DNA from: a virus
Direction: 5' to 3' (one strand)
Virus genome (UHGV): UHGV-0105868
Length of the DNA stretch: 23,305 nt
Numbering within the stretch: position 1 is the first letter of the stretch; each line of letters starts with the position of its first letter. Shown one piece after another: positions 17,408 through 23,305 of this stretch. The notes beneath the pieces are model-generated. The model worked only from the letters and a program-made list of their open reading frames with translations, ran no database searches and had not been told where the DNA came from. The position numbers were made by a program, and so were the translations under genes.

Positions 17408-17623
17408 ATGACGCTTGAGCGAATCAGCGCCTTTATCACGTATTGCATCGCCGTCGTGCTGGCCTGGCTGGGCGATTTGTCCATCAAGGATGCCTCAACG
17501 CTGGGCGGCCTGATGATCGGTGTGCTGATGCTGGCTATCAACTGGTACTACAAACACAAAGCCTACCAGCTTCTGCGCGACGGGCAGATCTCGCGGGAGG
17601 ACTATGAATCCATCAATCGTTAA
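17408..17623 (+). CDS. Holin
   Basis: 71 aa with two hydrophobic helices (…ISAFITYCIAVVLAWLG… and …LGGLMIGVLMLAINWYY…) and a charged C-terminus. Immediately upstream of the lysozyme gene. Confidence 0.7.
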   Translation: MTLERISAFITYCIAVVLAWLGDLSIKDASTLGGLMIGVLMLAINWYYKHKAYQLLRDGQISREDYESINR

Positions 17624-18116
17624 ACGCTGCCTTGTCGGGGCCGTGCTGGCTATTGCTGCCACGCTGCCGGGGTTTCAGCAGCTTCACACCTCCGAGGAGG
17701 GACTGAAACTGATCGCCGATTATGAAGGCTGTCGTCTGCAGCCGTATCAGTGCAGCGCGGGTGTCTGGACCGACGGCATTGGTAATACGTCGGGCGTCAT
17801 TCCCGGCAAAATTATTACGGAACGACAGGCAGCTGAAGGGCTGATCTCCAACGTGCTACGAGTGGAGCGGGCGCTGGAAAGGTGTGTGAAGCAACAGCCG
17901 CCGCAGAAGGTGTATGACGCTACGGTGTCGTTTGCCTTCAACGTGGGGACGGGCAATGCCTGTAGTTCCACGCTGGTGAAATTGCTCAATCAGCGGCGCT
18001 GGGCGGATGCATGCCGACAGTTGCCGCGCTGGGTTTATGTGAAAGGTGTTTTTAATCAGGGGCTGGATAACCGCCGTGCGCGGGAGATGGCCTGGTGTTT
18101 ACAGGGAGCAAACTGA
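17604..18116 (+). CDS. Endolysin (lysozyme), probably a signal-anchor-release (SAR) type
   Basis: 170 aa. N-terminus has a weakly hydrophobic Gly/Ala-rich segment (CLVGAVLAIAATLPG). Then …DYEGCRLQPYQCSAGVWTDGIGNT…, a Glu-x8-Cys/Asp-x5-Thr lysozyme catalytic pattern. Confidence 0.8.
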   Translation: MNPSIVKRCLVGAVLAIAATLPGFQQLHTSEEGLKLIADYEGCRLQPYQCSAGVWTDGIGNTSGVIPGKIITERQAAEGLISNVLRVERALERCVKQQPPQKVYDATVSFAFNVGTGNACSSTLVKLLNQRRWADACRQLPRWVYVKGVFNQGLDNRRAREMAWCLQGAN

Positions 18117-18117
18117 A

Positions 18118-18495
18118 ATGAAAAAGAAATTAATCAGCGGACTGTTTCTGATGTTATGGATGGCGCTGTTAATCGCAGCAATGGTGTATCCGCAGGGGAT
18201 TTTTCCGGTACTGGCAGCGTCCGGCGTTTGGGTAGCCTGTTTGCTGACATGGGCGGTAATTCCGGTAGCACTGGCTGCGTTAATTAAGAATGGCCCGCTC
18301 TGGCAGGAGTTAAGGGCATCTTTGCTGAAGACAATTACCCGAAAAGAAAACGTATTTACCAGTTGGGTGATGCGATTGCTGATTGTTGTAAGTCTCGCCT
18401 GGACGGGGTGGGCTATTACCCTGGTCTTTTATCTACTGACCGTTATTGCCTTCTGGATCACCCGTAATCAGATGGCGCAACAGGTAGCAGCATGA
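18118..18495 (+). CDS. LysA-like lysis-timing membrane protein
   Basis: 125 aa from MKKKLISGLFLMLWMALLIAAMVY…, with about four hydrophobic helices. In the P2 lysA position. Confidence 0.65.
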   Translation: MKKKLISGLFLMLWMALLIAAMVYPQGIFPVLAASGVWVACLLTWAVIPVALAALIKNGPLWQELRASLLKTITRKENVFTSWVMRLLIVVSLAWTGWAITLVFYLLTVIAFWITRNQMAQQVAA

Positions 18496-18926
18496 ACCGG
18501 TTGCTGCTGGTTGTGCTGACGTTATTACTGGCGGCGCTGGGCTGGCAGACGTGGCGGCTGGCTGATGCCAGCCAGACCATCAGCATGCAGGCAGACGAGC
18601 TGCAGAGCAAAAGCCAGGCACTGGCAAAGAGCAATAGCCAGCTTATCAGCCTGTCCATTCTGACTGAAACCAATAACCGGGAGCAGGCGCGGCTCTATGC
18701 CGAAGCAGAACAGACCAGCACGCTGCTGAGACAACGACAACACCGGATCGAGGAACTGAAACGTGAGAACGAGGATTCGCAGCGCAGAAATCATCCCGTA
18801 TCGCGTGGAAGCCACCATTTTTCTCTATCCTGGACCGGAAGCAGAGCCGGTAATGGCAGCGGCAAAAGCCAGCCTGCAGAAGTACATCGCCAGTCAGACG
18901 CGTCTTGGTCGGGATATTCGCCGTAG
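18492..18926 (+). CDS. LysB-like i-spanin, apparently 3'-truncated and running out-of-frame into a gene J remnant
   Basis: N-terminal membrane anchor MNRLLLVVLTLLLAALGW followed by a coiled-coil-like Q/E/R-rich region. The last ~40 codons overlap the J-fragment frame and look non-native. No Rz1/LysC-like ORF seen. Confidence 0.5.
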   Translation: MNRLLLVVLTLLLAALGWQTWRLADASQTISMQADELQSKSQALAKSNSQLISLSILTETNNREQARLYAEAEQTSTLLRQRQHRIEELKRENEDSQRRNHPVSRGSHHFSLSWTGSRAGNGSGKSQPAEVHRQSDASWSGYSP

Positions 18927-19065
18927 CGCCATCTTTGCCGCCCTGCATGTTGAGGGGGTGCAGCGTGTGGAGCTGGCTTCTCCTCAGGCGGATGTGGTCC
19001 TGAACAAAACACAGGCGGCATCATGTACGCAGTGGAGCGTAACCAACGGAGGAACGGATGAATAG
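18799..19065 (+). pseudogene. J: Baseplate protein J, C-terminal fragment only
   Basis: About 90 aa in-frame with and immediately upstream of gene I, overlapping its start. Far shorter than an intact baseplate J (about 300 aa). R, S, V, W and the 5' part of J are absent between the lysis genes and this point. Identification is from gene order and size. Confidence 0.45.
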
Positions 19066-19663
19066 TCTGCTGCCACCGGGTTCAACACCACTGGAGCGCC
19101 GACTGGCGCAAACCTGCAGCGGGATTTCTGATCTGCAGGTGCCGCTTCGTGACTTGTGGAATCCGGCAACCTGTCCGGTCAGTTTCCTGCCTTATCTCGC
19201 CTGGGCGTTCTCTGTGGATCGCTGGGACGAGGGCTGGACAGAAAGCGTCAAGCGCCAGGTGGTGAAGGATGCTTTTTATATTCATCAGCATAAAGGGACC
19301 ACCAGTGCCGTGCGGCGGGTGGTGGAGCCGTTCGGATTCCTGATCCGCATTATTGAGTGGTGGCAGACCGGAGAAACACCGGGCACGTTTCGCCTGGATA
19401 TCGGCGTGCAGGACCAGGGCATCACTGAAGATACCTATCTGGAACTTGAGCGACTGATAAGCGATGCCAAACCATGTAGCCGCCACATGATCGGCATGTC
19501 CATCAATCTGCAGACCAGCGGCCCGCATTGGGTGGGAGCCGCCAGCTATCTTGGCGAAGAAATCACGATCTATCCGTATATCAACGAAACGATTATTTCC
19601 GGTGGCACCGCGCATGAAGGCGGGGCGGTCCATGTTATTGACACAATGAGAGTGAATCCATGA
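19058..19663 (+). CDS. I: Baseplate/tail protein I (P2 gpI-like)
   Basis: 201 aa; …LLPPGSTPLERRLAQTCSGI…LWNPATCPVSFLPYLAWAFSVDRWDEGW… closely resembles P2 gpI as I remember it. Confidence 0.85.
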   Translation: MNSLLPPGSTPLERRLAQTCSGISDLQVPLRDLWNPATCPVSFLPYLAWAFSVDRWDEGWTESVKRQVVKDAFYIHQHKGTTSAVRRVVEPFGFLIRIIEWWQTGETPGTFRLDIGVQDQGITEDTYLELERLISDAKPCSRHMIGMSINLQTSGPHWVGAASYLGEEITIYPYINETIISGGTAHEGGAVHVIDTMRVNP

Positions 19664-21144
19664 GCACAAAATTTTATACCCTGCTGACGGATATTGGCGC
19701 GGCGAAACTTGCCAGCGCCGCCGCGCTCGGTGTGCCGCTAAAAATTACCCATATGGCGGTGGGCGATGGCGGTGGAGTATTGCCAACGCCGGACGCAAAG
19801 CAGACGGCACTGGTAAATGAGAAACGCCGGGCTGCACTGAATATGCTTTATATCGACCCGCAGAACAGCAGCCAGATTATTGCCGAACAGGTGATCCCTG
19901 AAAACGAGGGCGGTTGGTGGATACGTGAAGTGGGCTTGTTTGATGAGTCCGGGGCATTGATTGCCGTGGGCAACTGCCCGGAAAGCTATAAGCCGCAACT
20001 GGCTGAAGGTAGCGGGCGCACTCAGACCGTGCGCATGGTGCTGATTACCAGCAGCACGGACAATATCACCCTGAAAATCGACCCTGCTGTAGTGCTGGCA
20101 ACCCGCAAGTATGTGGATGACAAGGCACTGGAGCTGAAGGTGTACGCGGATGATCAGATGGCAAAACATCTTGCCGCACCGGACCCGCATTCACAGTACG
20201 CGCCAAAAGCCAGCCCGACATTTACCGGAATCCCCAAAGCGCCAACGCCAGCGGCGGGGAATAATACCACGCAGGTTGCGACCACTGCGTTTGTACAGGC
20301 GGCACTGACGGCCCTTATTAATGGTGCGCCAGCCACGCTGGACACGCTGAAAGAAATAGCCGCAGCCATTAACAATGATCCGAATTTCAGTACCACCATT
20401 AACAATGCGCTGGCACTAAAAGCACCGTTGTCGAGTCCGGCACTCACCGGAACGCCAACAGCCCCCACGGCGGCGCAGTCGGTCAACAATACACAGATTG
20501 CCACTACGGCTTTTGTGAAATCGGCGATTGCAGGAATGGTGGGTTCTGCACCTGCTGCACTGGATACACTGAACGAACTGGCGGCGGCACTGGGGAATGA
20601 TCCGAACTTTGCCACGACAATGCTTAATGCGTTGGCAGGTAAACAACCGCTGGACAATACGCTTACCAATTTGAGTGGAAAGGATGTAGCTGGTCTTCTC
20701 ACATACCTTCAATTGGGAGAAGCGGCAAAACGGGATGTCGGAACCGGTAATAATCAACTCCCGGACATGTCCGCATTTGGTATGTCGCGAAACGGACAAA
20801 CTGCCTGGGATATTCTCCCAAATGGTATGATTCGACAGGCTGGCACTGTGACACTGACACCAGTTGGTAACTTCAACTCGCAGGTGCTTGGTGGGGTGAC
20901 GTACTACACCCATTACTACAGGGTTAATTTCCCCAGACAATTCCCAAATGCACAAATAGCAACGCTGGCAACACTAGCGAGTTACAGCTATTCGACCCAG
21001 GCAACAATGGCCGGAAAATCACTGGCAACGCATCGCGATACTGATTCTGGCACTGACGTATCAAGAACGCGATTCACTGTGGCGTATACGACACCCAATC
21101 TCGGCGAAACACCGACACTGCATTTTGAAGCAATAGGATACTAA
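19660..21144 (+). CDS. H: Tail fibre protein (P2 gpH-like) with a divergent C-terminal receptor-binding region
   Basis: 494 aa. The N-terminal two-thirds carry conserved fibre motifs (MAVGDGGG, ESYKPQLAEGSGRTQT, repeated …PTFTG.P.APT…NNTQ(V/I)ATTAFV…, LNELAAALGNDPNFATTM). The C-terminal ~150 aa are different and end …EAIGY. Confidence 0.85.
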   Translation: MSTKFYTLLTDIGAAKLASAAALGVPLKITHMAVGDGGGVLPTPDAKQTALVNEKRRAALNMLYIDPQNSSQIIAEQVIPENEGGWWIREVGLFDESGALIAVGNCPESYKPQLAEGSGRTQTVRMVLITSSTDNITLKIDPAVVLATRKYVDDKALELKVYADDQMAKHLAAPDPHSQYAPKASPTFTGIPKAPTPAAGNNTTQVATTAFVQAALTALINGAPATLDTLKEIAAAINNDPNFSTTINNALALKAPLSSPALTGTPTAPTAAQSVNNTQIATTAFVKSAIAGMVGSAPAALDTLNELAAALGNDPNFATTMLNALAGKQPLDNTLTNLSGKDVAGLLTYLQLGEAAKRDVGTGNNQLPDMSAFGMSRNGQTAWDILPNGMIRQAGTVTLTPVGNFNSQVLGGVTYYTHYYRVNFPRQFPNAQIATLATLASYSYSTQATMAGKSLATHRDTDSGTDVSRTRFTVAYTTPNLGETPTLHFEAIGY

Positions 21145-21146
21145 AT

Positions 21147-21380
21147 ATGGAGAATATCTATTTCAGCCCAACGACCGTTGGTTTTTATGTTTCTGAACAA
21201 GAGCGACCTGATGATGCGGTTGAAGTCTCGCCAGAGGTGGAGGCATTTTTGAGGGAGTGTGTTATCTGGGGAGCGGATACATTTAACGTAGAGCGAGATG
21301 CAGCAACGGTGACATATCCAACAGAACTGCTTGAATATGTCACCACCTACAACGCCCCCGTTAAATATCCTGCGGATTGA
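21147..21380 (+). CDS. Small ORF (77 aa) in the tail-fibre-assembly position; possibly a truncated Tfa N-terminal domain
   Basis: Immediately follows H. Lacks the conserved Tfa C-terminal motif. Ends where the convergent minus-strand Tfa gene ends. Confidence 0.35.
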   Translation: MENIYFSPTTVGFYVSEQERPDDAVEVSPEVEAFLRECVIWGADTFNVERDAATVTYPTELLEYVTTYNAPVKYPAD

Positions 21381-21771
21381 CAGGCCATACGGGTTTTGCT
21401 GTATCAACGCGCATCAGCAGGACCCGGTATTTTTTCCATTCAGATAACGCGGCGGTTTCTTCTGCCGTCGCGATTTCCGCATCAAAAGCATCCTGTCTCC
21501 AGACTATTTCCTTATCAGCCATAGAACGCAATACCGTTCTTTTCTGTTCAGCCTGAATAATCTGTTGTTCAGCGGAGAGTGGCGGGATATCAATCCACGC
21601 AGGATTACCATTTTTATCAGCCCCCAGCGTTTTGCCTTGTGGCGCTACGCCTGTGTAAATTGCCATTGTTTCATCATCAACATCAACGCCATTTTCAGGC
21701 CATGAACCGGCGCTGATATATACCTCTTTTAGTGCTTTCGGATAGAAAGAGCCTTTATAAAATTTATTCAT
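21361..21771 (-). CDS. Tail fibre assembly chaperone (Tfa), inverted relative to H
   Basis: 137 aa from MNKFYKGSFYPK…, with the C-terminal Tfa signature …EIATAEETAALSEWKKYRVLLMRVDTAKPVWPVNPQDI, which compares with lambda Tfa and P2 gpG C-termini. Encoded on the strand opposite to H. Confidence 0.7.
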   Translation of the reverse strand: MNKFYKGSFYPKALKEVYISAGSWPENGVDVDDETMAIYTGVAPQGKTLGADKNGNPAWIDIPPLSAEQQIIQAEQKRTVLRSMADKEIVWRQDAFDAEIATAEETAALSEWKKYRVLLMRVDTAKPVWPVNPQDI

Positions 21772-21773
21772 TC

Positions 21774-22200
21774 TTAATACCCCAGCGCGATAAAACAACA
21801 ATCTTCGGTGCCCTCTCCGGATGGCGACCAGTTCTGAATACTGATATGCGTTCTGCTGGCAATACGCACATTCATCGCGGCATTGTAGCCAGATGTTCCA
21901 CGGTTTCCGGTCGCAAATAAGCCTGCATAGGGAAAAGCAAATGGTAAGGCATATCCAGCATCAGCTCCCTTTTGTGTTGCCACCGTTCCCCACTGCAACA
22001 TAAGTTTCACCGGGTTTCCTGTCGTCGCAATGCATGGAATGTAGATGTAGCCATTCCCTGACATCATTGACCTGAAGCTGTCTAAATCCAGTAACTTCGA
22101 GGCATTATCTGCTCCAACATCTCGTGTTGCGGCGGTCCCTAACTGGAGCGCATTTCGGAAGGCTGATACATCAGAAATATCAGCTCCATTACCCGCCGTG
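21774..22200 (-). pseudogene. Alternative tail-fibre C-terminal (receptor-binding) domain fragment on the opposite strand
   Basis: The minus-strand ORF encodes …FFTAGNGADISDVSAFRNALQLGTAATRDVGADNASKLLDLDSF…FIALGY, which parallels the H C-terminal region (…YLQLGEAAKRDVGTGNNQLPDMSAF…EAIGY). There is no constant N-terminal part. The track ORF's first ~35 codons are antisense to the D fragment. Confidence 0.6.
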
Positions 22201-22232
22201 AAAAATCGTGGCACAAGACCACCGTCGGGGAA

Positions 22233-22946
22233 GTGGTGAAGGAAATAGCCGCGCGGCACAAGCTGAAGATGGCACTGGGTAAAGACCTGTCGGATAAGCC
22301 CGTTGAGCATATAGACCAGACTAATGAGAGTGACGGCAGTTTTCTGATGCGGCTGGCGCGACAGTACGGTGCCATCGCGTCGGTGAAAAATGGCAATCTG
22401 TTATTCATCCGGCAGGGGCAGGGCAAAAGCGCCACTGGTAAACCTCTGCCAGTGATCACTATCACACGCAAGGACGGCGACAGTCACCGATTTACCCTGG
22501 CAGATCGCGGAGCCTACACGGGCGTAATTGCCAGCTGGTTGCATACCCGCGAACCTGCGAAGAAAGAAAGCACCACGGTGAAGCGTAAGCGCAGAACTAA
22601 GAAGCAGAAGAAAGAGCCGGAAGCGAAGCAGGGCGATTACCTGGTGGGTACGGATGAAAACGTGCTGGTACTTAATCGCACTTATGCCAACCGGAGCAAC
22701 GCTGAACGGGCAGCGAAAATGCAGTGGGAACGCCTGCAACGCGGCGTTGCGTCATTCTCGCTACAACTGGCGGAAGGGCGGGCAGATCTTTACACGGAAA
22801 TGCCAGTGAAAGTTAGTGGCTTTAAACAACCGATAGATGATGCGGAATGGACCATTACGACTCTGACTCATACCGTCAGCCCGGATAATGGTTTTACGAC
22901 CAGTCTGGAGCTTGAAGTGAGGATTGATGATTTCGAAATGGAATGA
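22233..22946 (+). pseudogene. D: Tail protein D fragment (C-terminal ~235 aa of P2 gpD-like); 5' half and upstream sheath/tube/tape-measure genes absent
   Basis: …AARHKLKMALGKDLS…HIDQTNESDGSFLMRLARQYGAIASVKNGNLLFIRQGQGKS…VKVSGFKQPIDDAEWTITTLTHTVSPDNGFTTSLELEV… resembles the C-terminal half of P2 gpD as I remember it. It begins about 30 bp from the inverted fibre fragment. FI, FII, E, T and U are not in the window. Confidence 0.65.
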
Positions 22947-23036
22947 TTCTTCGCAATGGAGAACTTTTAAGTTTGCAAAATGGAATAATGCGGTATCATT
23001 ATTGTGAATTTAGCAAAAATGGGGAGAACTCGAAAA

Positions 23037-23255
23037 ATGATGATTTGCCCACTGTGTGGAAGTGCCGCCCATACTCGCAGCAGTTTTCAGGTATCTTCAT
23101 TGACCAAAGAACGTTACAACCAGTGCCAGAACATTAACTGCAGCCATACTTTTGTTACCCATGAAACTTTTGTTCGTTCGATTGCAACGCCAAAAGAGTC
23201 AAATCCGGTTCAGCCGCATCCAATGAAATCAGGACAGGTGGAGCTCTCTCTTTGA
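23037..23255 (+). CDS. ogr: Ogr/Delta-type zinc-finger late-gene transcription activator
   Basis: 72 aa (the same length as P2 Ogr) from MMICPLCGSAAHTRSSF…KERYNQCQNINCSHTFVTHE…PHP…, matching the Ogr pattern CPLC…ERYHQCQNVNCS…. Immediately followed by attR. Confidence 0.85.
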   Translation: MMICPLCGSAAHTRSSFQVSSLTKERYNQCQNINCSHTFVTHETFVRSIATPKESNPVQPHPMKSGQVELSL

Positions 23256-23277
23256 CGCTGCCGCCATTTTGTCGCCA
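23256..23277. repeat. attR core (cgctgccgccaTtttgtcgcca)
   Basis: Imperfect direct repeat of 709..730, placed right after ogr as in P2-type prophages. Confidence 0.6.
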
Positions 23278-23305
23278 TCGTTAAAAAACAGTGCTTCTAA
23301 CATCA

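Larger units (their letters stand above)
709..23277. mobile_element. Degraded P2/186-family (Peduovirus-like) prophage
   Basis: Bounded by an imperfect 22-bp direct repeat. Internal gene order matches P2/186: attL, int, cI, apl, cII, A, cos, Q, P, (N), M, L, X, lysis genes, (J), I, H, (D), ogr, attR. Several structural genes are missing or truncated. Confidence 0.85.

Noticed and set aside
19082-19669. 195-aa minus-strand ORF antisense to gene I
   Set aside because: Mirror ORF in a GC-rich gene; the plus-strand product has clear gpI similarity. The same reasoning rejects the other antisense track ORFs (for example 1913..2188, 4867..5217, 6255..6596, 7293..8015, 14119..14636, 15838..16320, 16160..17005, 18525..19024, 19738..20955, 22139..22739).
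20650-22250. Active DNA-invertase (Gin/Hin/Cin) system controlling tail-fibre inversion
   Set aside because: No serine-recombinase gene is in the window, and I could not find convincing 26-bp inverted crossover sites by eye. Only a remnant arrangement is claimed.
1-23305. tRNA, rRNA, CRISPR arrays, IS elements/transposases
   Set aside because: No cloverleaf-like or rRNA-like segments, no regularly spaced repeat arrays and no transposase-like ORFs were seen. A tRNA overlapping the att core cannot be excluded without a dedicated scan.

Overview
The window holds a host TetR-family regulator gene (20..586) followed by a roughly 22.6 kb degraded P2/186-family prophage, bounded by an imperfect 22-bp direct repeat (709..730 and 23256..23277). 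Gene order runs attL, int, cI, apl, cII, early ORFs, a TraR-like zinc finger, a dam gene with an in-frame amber codon, replication gene A, an SOS-boxed small ORF plus dinI-like gene, then an AT-rich cargo island, then Q, P, a capsid fragment, M, L, X, the lysis genes, J fragment, I, H, an inverted tail-fibre remnant, a D fragment, ogr and attR. The most interesting part is the AT-rich cargo island (about 9130..12710) at the known P2 accessory 'hotspot' between gene A and the portal gene: two large, compositionally foreign ORFs (372 aa with a DUF2971-like N-terminal motif; 557 aa with a C-terminal hydrophobic segment) sit on either side of a candidate cos site. I propose them as uncharacterised candidate anti-phage / abortive-infection genes; this rests on position and composition, not on recognised homology. 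The prophage looks defective: the scaffold gene and the 5' part of the capsid gene are missing, as are R/S/V/W, most of J, the sheath/tube/tape-measure genes and the 5' half of D. All protein identifications are from reading the supplied translations against remembered family features; no searches or computations were run, and reference sequences are quoted from memory.
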